From the NCBI GenBank assembly GCA_951406725.2, contig OX597817.1:68014001-68078000 (forward strand): a DNA stretch of 64,000 bases, given 5' to 3'. The stretch is from Octopus vulgaris. Taxonomy: Eukaryota. Positions 1-12,496 of the stretch are shown here, in pieces. Under the pieces are notes generated by a model. That model was not told where the DNA came from and made no database searches. It saw nothing but the letters and a program-made list of their open reading frames with translations. Position numbers and translations under genes: made by a program. Position 1 is the first letter of the stretch; each line of letters begins with the position of its first letter.

Positions 1-175
1 AAGGCTCCTTCATTGAAATTTCAACATTAACAACAGGGTATTTTTGTACGTACGTATGTATGTACTATGTGTGAGTATGTATGTGTGTATGTATGTATGT
101 ATATGTGCAGAATTGTATGTTTTATGTATGTATTATCATGCATATAGCTGCATATCTAGACATGCTCATATATAT

Positions 176-700
176 TTAAATGATAAACTTCTGGAAAGTT
201 TTACAGATTTTTCTACCACTACTACCACAATAATCGTTGCGGTTGTGCATGCTATTTACTATAGTCATAGTAGAGGGACAGTGGTCAGTTGCTTGAGCCA
301 GTAATGTAGTTTGGCTGGCAGACACTATGGAATCTGTTGGAATGTCGCTAGCAGCGAAACCACGTGGTGGTCCTATATCATTCACGTTTTCGTTTTTGTT
401 TATAGAGTTGGAAAGAAGGTTAATTTTCGATTTTTTAATAAAGTTACAGTTACTAACCTTCTTTCTATGTTCTACAAATGTTGCTTGTTGGCGTAGTTGC
501 TTCGCTGTAAAATGATTCAATTCTAGATGCAGATTGTGCCAATATGATTTCAATCGATTCATATAGCCAGCAGCGAAGTTTTGTTTCGCTTTTTCGCAGA
601 AGTTAAATAGATCATTATTGAATTCATAACTCCAAGAGAAATGAGTTTTGTAGTTACGGTTTCTTCTATAACTACAACTAGAAAGAAAGTGTTTATCTGT
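176..700 (-). pseudogene. N-terminal fragment of an R4/Dong-like non-LTR retrotransposon ORF
   Basis: The frame upstream of ORF 176..562 stays open: FSWSYEFNNDLFNFCEKAKQNFAAGYMNRLKSYWHNLHLELNHFTAKQLRQQATFVE. This resembles the W..GYxxRL..W..QLRxQ N-terminal helical domain of R4-clade elements. No RT is attached. Confidence 0.5.
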
Positions 701-1468
701 TCAGCTGTTGTTTTCGTTCTGTTTCTCGATTGTGTTATTGTTGATGTTGTGTCCAGCCATGTTGTTTGTAGCAACTCTCTGCATGCTAAGTTCAAGTTTC
801 AGTCGAAAATCACAACAATCGTGAATACAAGGCTCCCTCAGTTAATTCATCTGAAGATTAACCAGTTATTTAACAAGGCTGATAGCTGCGGCTCCAAAGT
901 TAGAGATAGTATTCATTGTATTTTCGATAAATAGCCTCGCACACCAAATACGCGACTTGTCGCGTCTAGTATTTATGTGTATGTATGTAAGTGTGTGTGT
1001 GTGTGTACGTATGTGCGTGTGTTCTCTTTCTCTTTTTAAATTTGGAGCAAATTTCGACCGGCCACCTGCTTGGTAACAAGGATGTGAAGGAAAGTATCTT
1101 CTTTTAACCATCTCCTTTAAATCTGAAGAAGGTCTTGCAGATTTTTATAGTCCCCGATATCGCGATTAGTTGTTGAAAATGAGTTAAGATATGCATTTTC
1201 TTCACAAGATCCCAAATTCGGCCATACTTTGCTTCAGGCGCGTTGGTATATACCCCGTTGCTCCAATAATAAAACGTATGAAGCAGAAAGTCTATCTTGG
1301 GTACCGGATTTGCATGAATGTTTTAAAGTTTTAAATAACCACATTCAACTATTGCACTGAAATTGAATAAAATAAAATGTAATAGATATTATATGATCAT
1401 ATATTGTAATGAAGCTATTAAATTAATAAGAGCGTTGTAGTTCGCTCGAAGCATTGTAACATCAAAGA

Positions 1469-1701
1469 ATGTAAAAAGAGAAAAAATTGACAGCTTCTGA
1501 TAATGTAGTAAGTTTGATAAAACCTTTATATTTCGAGCTCCAAAGACCATCTTCAGAAGATTCAAACTCGAGTTTAAATGATTTAACGGATTCTACATAA
1601 ATGGACTTTTCTTCTGAATATGGACTTTTGAGCCCGAAATATAAAGGTTTTATAAAACTTTACGCGTTGTCAGAAGCTGTCTGTTTTCTCTCTTTTTACA
1701 T
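1469..1701. mobile_element. Miniature inverted-repeat element made of two Penelope-like 3' ends, each with a hammerhead-like core
   Basis: Arm 1469-1560 is the imperfect reverse complement of arm 1610-1701, with a ~49-bp spacer. Each arm contains TCTT-CTGAA(G/T)A-..-GAAA-TATA-AAGG. Confidence 0.7.
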
Positions 1702-2124
1702 GATATTAAATTAATGTATCGGAATGTTTTGCATTTCTCGCTGAATTAAGGATCTTCTGTTTAAGTTATAGGCCTTGGCAAGATGTCTGAAGAGTCCTTG
1801 ATGCAAAATGTTTGAATAAAGGCAGTATTGTAACGGGTAAGGACACAATGTGTAACACATTATTAACTTAATCAAAGCTAACCTAGGGCTGAAGTACAGT
1901 TTCTATTAATATTTTTAAATGTATGTAATAATATACTGGAAATGATTTTTATCTTTCATAAAGTATTCAAATATTTCATCGTTCATCTATGATCTGATCA
2001 TTGATACACTGCTTCACTCTGTCTATTAAATTGTATCAAGCAAGCATGGAGAGCAATGGGCTCTGCAACACTGACTTATCCATAATACATTAGATGGAGA
2101 CGAAGATGTTGATACATTAAGTTT

Positions 2125-2150
2125 GCGTGCGCGCGTATGTGAGTGAGTGA

Positions 2151-2187
<37 letters not shown>

Positions 2188-2334
2188 CATGTATGTACAA
2201 TCTATATGTTTGTATATGCACATTAAAGTATATATACACATATATTTTAATACATGCACACATGGTTCGTAAGTGCATATGTATGTGTGTGTGTTTATGT
2301 GTATGTATGTGTATCCATATGTATGTTTATATTC

Positions 2335-2409
<75 letters not shown>

Positions 2410-2461
2410 TGTAGGTAGGTACGTACATATATGTTTATATATATGCATATGTTCTATTTTA

Positions 2462-2508
<47 letters not shown>

Positions 2509-2570
2509 TTATGGGTGTATGTGTGTGTATGTGTATGTGTGTTTGTGTGTATGTATGTGTATGATTATGT
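2125..2570. repeat. Compound (TG)n/(TA)n microsatellite
   Basis: Directly visible. Confidence 0.95.
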
Positions 2571-3103
2571 ATCTGCGTATCACTTGCGTATGCTTATGTA
2601 CATTCATATATTGTTTTTACAAAATGATTCTTAGCTATCACATTTGACAGCTGAACTTTGCTATTTGATCCCCCTTTCCACCCCTCTCCCTCTCTCTCTG
2701 ACTCCATCTTCCTCTTTCTTTGTTTCTCTGTCTCTGTATGTCTGTCTGTCTGTCACTCTCTCTCTCTCTATCCCCCTCTCTCTCACCTATCTCTTAGGCT
2801 TGCTGTTTCCGCCATAATAAAGTGTAAATCAGTACAGAATTTGTGATTTTATAATCTTACTGTTTCGCTATTGATCAAATTTTACACATACTGCTAACTT
2901 TAAGTGGTTCAATCAAATTAGATTCTGGAAGGAAGGAAGTAAATACTGTAAAATGTTATTTTATTGTATTTTTCATCCTTTTAACTTCGTAAAAGTTATT
3001 TCATTAATACGATGACTGTGAAGTTGGCGTCTAACGGTCGAAACTCTGAATCCAAATCCAGCAGAGTTTGCTTTTCAATTTTCCACGGGTTGATACAATA
3101 ACA

Positions 3104-3153
<50 letters not shown>

Positions 3154-3158
<5 letters not shown>

Positions 3159-3470
3159 TAATCCAAACAAGAAAACAAAAAGACAACAACGCAAGGATGT
3201 GGAACAAATAAAGTATTATTGGACGCTCAGGAAAGAAGGGAAGAAGGAGGGTTTGACGTTTCGAGCTGAGCTCTTCGTCGGAAACATGGGAGAAGGAAAG
3301 ATCCCGAGACGGGAGGACAGAGGAAAAAAAAATCGCCGGTGGTATTCACGAGTTCACATACTAAAAAGACGGAAGTGGTAAAAATGGAGGAAAATGTTTT
3401 TAAAAACAAGAGCTATATCAAAGAAGGAATGGTAAAATAGGTGTGCGAGATGACAAGTGTGTGTGTGTGA
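3154..3470 (-). mobile_element. Penelope-like element 3' terminal fragment
   Basis: Similar to the 3' end of the PLE at 61876-62050 (gtatta..cgctcaggaaa..acgtttcgagc..gctcttc). Abuts (TA)n and contains the hammerhead-like motif at 3251-3285. Confidence 0.65.
3251..3285 (-). ncRNA. Degenerate minimal hammerhead ribozyme motif
   Basis: Minus strand reads GTTT-CCGACGA-AGAGC-TCA-GCTC-GAAA-C-GTC-AAAC: perfect stem I (GTTT/AAAC), stem II (GAGC/GCTC) and a GUC triplet. The core has a U4C change. Confidence 0.55.
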
Positions 3471-5520
3471 GTGTGTGCGTGTATGTGTCTGTGTGTGTGT
3501 GTGTATGGTGGACAATGGCTAGTAGCAGGCAGTAATAGAATTAAGGGGTGGTGTGGGAGTACCCTAGCTAGTCAGAAAGGCAGGTCAGAAACAGGGAGGT
3601 ATGTGTGTGTGCGTGTATATGTATCGTGTGTGTGTTTTGTTGTAGTATGTGTGTGTGTACGTGTGCGTTTCTTTGTGTGTATGGCGAGTAACTGTGCTTA
3701 ACTTAGTGTAGGTGTGCGTGTGTGCTTGTACGTGCGTGTGTGTGCATATATACGTATGTATAATTGTGTGCGTGTATGTATGGTTGTGTGCCGTATGGGA
3801 TGTATGTGTGGGTTCATTTGTGTGTGTATGCGTGTGTATGTATGTGCGTGTAGTTGTGTGTGCGCGTATGTGTGCGTTTGTATGTGTGTGTGTGTAGGCG
3901 TAAATGGATGTATATGCGTGTATCCGTGGGGTTGTGAGTTTCTTTATGCGCGTGTGCGTGCGTATGTGTGCGCATGTTTTGGTGTGCGTATGTATGTGTG
4001 TGTCTGTGCTTATATGTGTATACGTATGTGTATATGTGCGTGCGCGTGGAGGTATATGTTGTGTGTATGTATATGTGTCGGTGTGTATGTGAATTAGTGT
4101 GTGTTTGTATGTGTGTATGTGTGTGTGCGTGTATTGTATATATATGTAAATGTGTGTGTGTGTACGTGCATGGGAGTGAATGTATGTATGTATGTGCGTG
4201 TGTGTACAAATGTAGGGGTTTATATGTGTGTTTATATGTTTATATGTGTGTATATATATGCATGCAAGGACACACTTCGCAACTGAAAGACTGATGGAAA
4301 AGACTCTCGCGGTGCGGGCGCATGCGAATCTACAGGCACAAACGCACACGCTCCGACGTACGCCCGAAATAAAGCCAGACCCCACAGGTATGCGTGCATG
4401 CATGTAAGTATGTGTGCGTGCGCGCGCGCATGCATGTGTGCGCGTGTGCATGCGAGTGTGTATGTATGTATGTATGTATGTATGTATGTATGTATGTGTG
4501 AGTGTGTATGTGTGTATGTCTGTGTGTATGTATGTCCGTATGAGTGTATGTAAGTATGTGTGTGTGTGTGTATGTATATGTATGTATGTGTGTATGTGTG
4601 TGTGCATGTATGTATGTGTGTATGTATGTATGTATGTATGTATGTGTGTGTGTATGTATGTATGTATGTATGTGTGTATGTGTGTAAGTGTGTGTGTATG
4701 TATGTATGTATGTGCGTGTGTATGTATGTGTGCATGCGTGTATGTGTGTATGTATGTGTGTGTATGTATGCATGCATGTGCGTATGGATATGTGTGTGTA
4801 TGCATGTGTGTATGTATATGTGTATGTGCGTATATGTGTGTGTGTATGTATGTCTGTGTGTATGTATGTGTGTGTGTGTATGTATGTACATGTGTATGCA
4901 TGTGTGTATATATGTATGTGTGTATGTATGTGTGTATGTATGTGTGTGTATGTATGTGTGTGTGTATGTGTATGTGTATGTTTGTGTGTGTATGTATATA
5001 TGTATGTATGAATGAAAGCATGAATATATGTATGTATGTGTGTGTACGTATGTGTGTGTGTGTGAATGTATGCGTGTGTGCGTGGGGTTTCCTCTGGAGT
5101 TGTGTGGGTGTAATGTATGTATGTATGCGTGTGTGTGTGTATGTATGCTTGTGCGTGTGTGTGTATGTGTGTGTATGTATGTGTGTGTGTATGTATGTGT
5201 GTATGTGTGAGTGTATGGGTGTATGTCTGTCTGTATGTATGTATGTATATATGTATGTCTTGTGTATGTATGTATGTGTGTGTATGTGTGTGTGTGTATG
5301 TGTGTGTGTATGTATGTGTGTAGGTATGTATGTGTGTGTGTATGTGTGTATGTATGTATGTATGTGTGTATGTGTGTAAGTGTGTGTGCGTGTATGTAGG
5401 TATGTGTGTGTGCACGCGTGCATGCATGCATGCATGTATGTGTGTATGTATGTATACACACACGCACACACACGCACACACACGCACACACACACACACA
5501 ATATGCACACACGCACGCAT
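3470..5520. repeat. ~2-kb cryptic (TG/TA/TATG)n simple-repeat block
   Basis: Directly visible; it generates the spurious His/Thr/Tyr and Cys/Val/Met ORFs. Confidence 0.95.
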
Positions 5521-6334
5521 ATGGGGCCGGCCGCACCCCAGGCGCGCGTCAACCACCAACACCACAACCACCACTACAACCACCACCAACACCAGCAACA
5601 ACAACAACAACAACTCCTACACCTCCATCTTCATCACCATCATCATTCTGCATCAGCTTTATTTGCTGGTATTGGTTGGCCGGCTCATATATTGTTTCGG
5701 TCAAATTCTTATTTGGAGTTACTGACTACGTCCCACCGGTACATTTCAATTTGTCCATGGTTTCTCCAACTTGATGTTCTTCCTAATGCCAACTAGTTTA
5801 TCGGATGAAATGGATGTCTTTTATATCTTCATGTTTTGAATAAGAATAAAACAAATATCTATATTAAACATCAATATAATGAGGCTCTCCTCACAGTGTC
5901 TCAAGAATGGTGAAAGCTATACTTTGCCGAGGAGACCGAATAAGGAAATATATCCCGAGTTGTCGTCCATACTTGACAAGCCAGATTACAACAATGTCAT
6001 TGAACTAATGCTGCATTCTGCCCACCGCATAATTATTCTAAGTCATGCAGATTTTTGAGGTACTTTATTAAGTATGGGGGCCCTAAGGCATCACGTTTTC
6101 TTGGAAATGAATCTATTTAATCGACTGTACACCTCAGTCCTCGTCTTACAAACTGATGGTCGTTTACTAATGTAAGAGATTTTCATTTACGCAGACATAA
6201 CCATAAAGTGTTATTTATAGTTAGGTTATTGTGATGAAAGGAATAAGAAATAGATAAGATTTTCAATAGAGCATTCTCTCATTAAGATGCTCATTAGTCA
6301 TCACTTAATGTTTTCTTCGCGATTATTCTTTGGC

Positions 6335-6524
6335 ATCTTTTATCTTTTGTTTCTGTCATTGGATTGCGGCCAGGCGTCGAAGCGCTGCGTCGAAAAAATA
6401 TCATCCGCAGTACTTATTTTTAAAACTGGTACTTATCCTATCGCCACATTTGCCGAAGCGCTAAGTTGCGGAGACGCAAACAAACCAACAACGCTTACCT
6501 AGAGGTGATAGTGCTGTGAGCAAG

Positions 6525-6530
<6 letters not shown>
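6335..6530 (-). mobile_element. 3' half of a tRNA-derived CORE-type SINE, split from its head at 9195-9345
   Basis: Matches 35437-35640 (gactgcggcc..tacttattctatcg..gccgaaccgctaag). Confidence 0.6.
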
Positions 6531-6609
<79 letters not shown>

Positions 6610-6626
6610 GCACGCACGCACACACA

Positions 6627-8900
6627 TGTAGTGGTCTATGTAGCTAAATAGTTGAATGATCTCCCATGCAAAAAGGATTATAGAGTAACTTCCCTTTACT
6701 AAGTTTCTCGAAGCATCTGCACCATGAGATGTGATTCTTAATTATTCAAGAAGCATTGCATTTCTCTTGAATTAGCTAATTTCTATCGACGTTTTATACT
6801 TCATTGTGCTGAAACTATACCTTCTCAACAAATTACTGCAACACCGCAAGAAGAGTAGAGAAAAGATCACTTTAACTCCCGCTGAAATACAAGCTTTCGA
6901 TGATGTTAAACAGAAACTCTCTCGTGTTTCCATGTTAACTCACCCCATTCCTAATTCTTGTAGTCGACGCGTCCGAAATTGGCGTCGGCGCAGTCATTCA
7001 ACTATGGCGAATGGCAACCCCTGGCGTTTTTCTCTAAGCAGTTAAAACCAGCTGAAACTAAATATAGCACGTTCAGTCGTGATCTGTTAGCTATTTACCT
7101 CTCAGTTAAACACTTCCAACACATTTTGGAAGGGAGAAACTTCACAATATTTATGGACTATGAGCCGTTATCTTTCGCTTTCGCAAGCCAGATACATTTT
7201 CTCCGAGAGACATTCGACATTTGGATTACGTTTCACAATTCACAAGTGATATACAATATATTCCAGGTTCTGAGAACATTGTAGCAGATTCTTTATCCCG
7301 TTTACATGTAAACGCGTTATTTTCAACCGCAGAAATTAACTTGGACGAAATGCCGGAAGATCAACCATCCGTTGATTTGAATAATATACAACCACCAGAA
7401 CTAACTCATTTCGACCTCCAATATTTCCCAGTTGCGACATCAAACAAACAGATCCTTTGGGATTTTTCTTCTGGTAAACCTCGCCCTTTAGTTCCTGAAA
7501 ATCATCGCGTATCGTTTTCTCAGCACTACACAGTATTTCACATCCTGGTATAACAGCAACATTGAAGCTTATTTCAGCTCGTTTAGTTTAGCCGAACATG
7601 TGCCGAGACATAGCTAATTGGACTCGTACCTGTGTCTATTGTCAACGATCCAATGTACATAAACATATTCGTGCACCATTAGGTAGTTTTTCATCACCAA
7701 ATGCACGATTCCAGCACATACATATATAGTAGGACCTTGGCTTGCAAGTCAGGGCTACACGTTTTTATTAACCTGTATTGATCGTTTTCCCCGCTGGCCA
7801 GGAGTCATTCCACTCACAGACATCTCTTCTCTAACTGTGGCACAAGCTTTAGTCACAGGATGGATCTCGCGTTTCGGAACACTTGTAAAAATAACAACAG
7901 ACCACGGACGTAAATTTGAAGCTAAACTTTTCCAGGAACTAACCAAGATTTTAGGAAGCAAACACATGCATTCCACTAGTTACAACCCAGCTTCGAACGG
8001 TATGATCGAAAGATTTCATGGACAGCTTATAGCTGCGTTGTGTGCTTCTGCTGATTCATCTCAATGGTTTGAATTTCTTCCTGTTGTTCTCTTGGGTCTC
8101 CGCTATCAAAGAGGATTTTGGATATTCTCCTGCAGAATTACTTTATGGATTTTCCTTGACGCTGCCTGGTCTGATGATTGTTCCTGCAAACACGCAAGAG
8201 ATCGACACTACAAATTTCGTTGAACGCTTGCGTGATTATATGTCAAAGTTACCACATATGATCACCAGAAAACAAGACATTAAAATATATTTGCCTAAAG
8301 ACTATTCTTCCTGGACTCATGTTTTTGTTCACAACGATGCCATTAAACACCCTTTAACAGTATCGTATTGAGGACCCTTTCATGTGCTTTCTTGTACAGA
8401 TAAGCTTTTCACCTTAGGCCTTAACGGTCGTAAAGGCACTATTTATGTTGACAGACTAAAAAGGGCTCATATTGAAAATACTATTTCCAACCCCACAACA
8501 GACAACACACCCACAGCACTACAAATGCGTCCTTTACACACAACTTCATAAACTATGACTACTAAAAGCAGTAGACGTGTGATTTGGCCCAAGAATTTAA
8601 CAAACATTTATTACATTTGAACTGTGATATTGTTTCTATAGTTTGACATTTCATGATGTATATATTTTTGTTATTTTCATTATAGTATAACGTTACTCTG
8701 CCTAGGGTGTGTGTAGTGGTCTTTGTAGCTAAATAGTTGAATGATCTCCCTTGCAAAAAGGATTATAGAGTAAGCTCCCTTTCTAAGTTTCTCGAAGCAT
8801 CTGTATCATGAGACGTGATTATTGATTATTCAAGAAGCTTAGCAATTAGACTTTGAGTCATTTACGTCATTGCTATGTCCGACTATTTCTCTACGCTACA
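6627..8900 (+). mobile_element. Internally deleted Ty3/Gypsy LTR retrotransposon
   Basis: The 3' LTR 8712-8900 has TGTAG...CTACA ends, and its first ~128 nt are repeated at 6627-6755. Frameshifted pol lies between them: RT end (LANFYRRFI), RNase H (WQPLAFFSKQLKPAETKYSTFSRDLLAIY), integrase HHCC region and core (TDHGRKF..YNPASNGMIERFH). Confidence 0.92.
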
Positions 8901-9137
8901 TGACTGAAAGCCACCACTTCGCTGTTATTTCTATATTTCCTGTCTCTGAACTTCCTTGCATAGATTACTTCATTCAACTAGATTCTACATTTTGATTATG
9001 TATCATCATCGACCAGTAAATAAAAAATATTTTTATATAATAAATATATTGTTCTTGAATTTATTCTTCATCTCTATATGAACTCTTGTAATAATATATA
9101 CGCAGCCACGTCAACACCTGGTGCCGAATATATATTC

Positions 9138-9190
<53 letters not shown>

Positions 9191-9194
9191 GCAC

Positions 9195-9345
9195 ACATAT
9201 GAGACGGGTTTTCATTCATTTTCCACCTACCATTGGTCGGCGGGGAGCTAGTTCAAGACACTTATCCAAGGTGCTGCGCAATAAGACTGAACACGAAACC
9301 ACGCAGTTGCAAAGCGAGCTTCTTGACCAGACAGCCATACATGCT
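9195..9345 (-). mobile_element. Diverged head of a CORE-type SINE
   Basis: Aligns to 35690-35841 (agacacttgcccaaggtg..gactgaacc..acagcca). Confidence 0.6.
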
Positions 9346-9998
9346 CCTGTAAAAAAAAATGTTTCTTTAGCCACAAACCTTCTCTGATCAAGCAAACCTT
9401 TGACCAAAAATGTTGCAACGGAGACAATCCAGTTACCCCCCCCTTTTTTTTTTTACCACCGAGTACTTTCTTTTTTAGTAAATTAGAAAGTGATGTGAGG
9501 GAGGTTCGGTTGCTCTTTCTAGAAGGCTAAGTAACTTTCGTTGGTTTATCAGAAGACTTTGTCTTCGGCAAACGTTACAGAAATTTGATCGCTATTACTA
9601 ATAAAACAAGTAACTGTAGAGAGGCCTTATTCTCCAGTTTCTAATAATACGTACATGTTGCTGCTTAGTCCCTGTCAAATCTGATTAAACCTATTTGTAA
9701 TGAAAGCGTCCCAGCCATGGCCATTTCATCATATTTTCCGAAAATGTATCTAAAATTACGTTATCCAATTCAGGTGAAGTTGATAAGATATGGTCGGAAA
9801 CTGGAATTCATATCCATTTCTGACTGCATCACCATTGTCATTCGTCTATTTAAAGGAAGATACATTATTGGAAGGGTCACCAGAGTATAGGAAGTTACAG
9901 GTTTTGTTACGACACTATACGCTTTGAGTTAAAATATCACCGAAGTCAACTTTCATCTTCCATTGTTTTAGGATGGATAAATAAAGTACGAATTCAAG

Positions 9999-10145
9999 GT
10001 GGCTTATAGACATTGGATAATGACCGAAAGAGTACGATCACAAATACAAATGGCCGAAATGGGATTTCTCCGAAGGGTTTCTGGGGTAATGTTACTCGAC
10101 AAAGTGCATAGCAAAGAGATCAGCAAGTCTCTCCTGGTCGGGTCG
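9999..10145 (+). pseudogene. RTE-clade (Rex3/Expander-like) LINE C-terminal fragment
   Basis: WIMTERVRSQIQMAEMGFLRRVSGVMLLDKVHS matches the RTE IQAAEMxFLRR..xDRVRS motif. Confidence 0.75.
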
Positions 10146-10201
10146 CTAGTTGTTGTCATCAGTACGTTATGGGTTTATAGTGATAAATGCTTGTACAACA
10201 C

Positions 10202-10332
10202 GAGAACCATTCTCTGAGTCTCAGTAATTAGTACCCAGTGACAAGCCGAAGCCTACCGTCTCACGTGATTAGTAGTCGTCTGGCTTCGGCTCGTCACTAT
10301 GTACTAATTATAGAGACCCAGAGAATGGTACT
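10202..10332. mobile_element. Palindromic (foldback) non-autonomous element, possibly Crypton-like
   Basis: ~52-bp arms (gagaaccattctctgagtctc..gccgaagcc / ggcttcggc..gagacccagagaatggtactc). Weaker symmetry extends to about 10150-10380. Confidence 0.6.
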
Positions 10333-10928
10333 CAGTGACAAACGAAATATCCCATCCACCGGAAGTTGTTGTTGACAAACAACAGCAGTAATTTTATTCA
10401 GCTGAACACACGTCATTCATTGGTTGAAATTACCGAAATACGACTACTTTAACATGAAATAACTTTGAGAATATAAACTTTTCTCAACAACACTAAGTAT
10501 AAAAGATGTTTTATATGACATATTCTACCAGTGCTCGAAGTTTGAAAGTGTTTAGTTACAAAAAATTAATTTCTCGATCTGCCGTTGAAAGGGAAATGAT
10601 CAAATTCTTGTATTAGTTATTTTTATTGCAAGAAACAACTAAATCTCTTTCTCTCACGTTTTACATAGTCCAACATGTTTCTGGCTACTGAAGTGTGGTC
10701 TCTCAGAGAGTTCTATTGCACAACTTGCGCAAGTGAATGGACGGAATACAAAATAGGAATTTTAAAAGATGTGTTTATGGGACTTGTTTTTAAACAGTGA
10801 ATGTCTATGGCAGTCCACCGGAATAAAACGATAATCAAAGGGGTCCATAGGCTAAAAAATGGTTGAGAACACCTGCTTTAGACGAATCATCCCGGGGCTT
10901 ATTAAACTCTGGTAGTCATTTAATCGTA

Positions 10929-11230
10929 GAGGCACGTGACCTAGTGGTTAGAGAAGCGGATTCGCGGTCCAGGGATTGCGGGTTCGAATCTCGGACTGGG
11001 CGATGTGTGTGTTTATGAGCGAAGCATCTAAGCTCTACGCGGCTCCGGCAGAAGGTAATGGCGAACTTCTGCTGACGCCTTCACCACAACTTTCTTTCAT
11101 TCTTTCCTCCTGCATCTAGCAGCTCACCTATGACAGACCGGCGTCCCGTCCAGGTGGGGAACCTATACACCATTGAAACCGGGGATACAGGCGCTTATGA
11201 GCCAGGCATGGCTCGAAAAGGAACAACCAA
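10929..11230 (+). mobile_element. tRNA-derived SINE
   Basis: A box TGACCTAGTGG, B box GGTTCGAATC, and a body motif gcgtcccgtccagg..gaaaccggg resembling Meta/V-type SINE domains. Confidence 0.8.
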
Positions 11231-12125
11231 TTCATTTAATCAATACATATGGCCAAACTGTTAAATTATAAGACACAAACAAACACGTCACATAAAGGAA
11301 ACTCATTTTTAGACAGGTGTAAAAAAACCAAAAAATTAATGTATACATACAACTCTCTCTCACACACACACATACACGTACACATATACACACACATTTA
11401 TATTATTTATAGATTTAAATGTTATATGGTTTGTAAATGAAAGCGGAAGACATTACCGAATACACGCTAATGGAGAGTAGAGGTGGGAAGTCTTTTTATA
11501 TTCGAAGGTCACCTTGAATTAGATGTAATCCTACGAAACTGCATTAAAGAAAATGTTATTAAATATACGGAAAAATGTAATTACGTTTATTGTGGAAATA
11601 TAATTATAAATATTAAAGCAAGAGATAAAAAAAGAAAACTGACCTTTTAATGACATTTTTAAAATTAGAATAAATATGATAGCATTGTAATCAACCGCAT
11701 CTGGCCTTGACAACAATATATTTTATTGACGAGGATATTGAGTATATTTTTATATTCATTTAAAATTATAGATGATTATGGATATTCATGCTCATAGATT
11801 ATACGTATATAAATGTTTATAAGAGTGTGTGTATGCGTGTATGTGTGTGAGTGTGTGTATGTATATATGTCAGCATGTGGTTATATATAAACTTACATAT
11901 TTACATGTATGCATATATACATTTATATAGATGTGTGTGCTTGTATATACATAGATACATAGATACATAGATACATACATACATACATACATAGACACAC
12001 ACACACAAATGCATGTACTGTCGACGTCATTTAGTTGCTTTAATTTATATCTTTATGTGTACTTCGAGATCCACTATTCCCCCAAAAGAATTACATAAAT
12101 ACGTGTGTGTTTGTGTATGTGTATA

Positions 12126-12181
<56 letters not shown>

Positions 12182-12199
12182 CACACATACACACACACA

Positions 12200-12269
<70 letters not shown>

Positions 12270-12410
12270 CATATATAATAACTATAAACAAACCCGAAAG
12301 GCTTTGCGAGTTACGGAGAGAAAGCTACCATGGAAGACTCATTGTGCAATATTTAAAGAACCGTCACTTCAAACCGGAGAATAAATATCATTATGGCATA
12401 TATTATACAG

Positions 12411-12448
<38 letters not shown>

Positions 12449-12496
12449 TAGTACATATATTTATATGTGTGTGCATATTGTACATATTCACTTTTG

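Noticed and set aside
3585-5613. 660-, 434-, 427- and 321-aa His/Thr/Tyr or Cys/Val/Met ORFs
   Set aside because: They are translations of TG/TA simple repeats that stay open in several frames.
10929-11000. tRNA gene
   Set aside because: The A/B boxes continue into a SINE body and the cloverleaf is imperfect.
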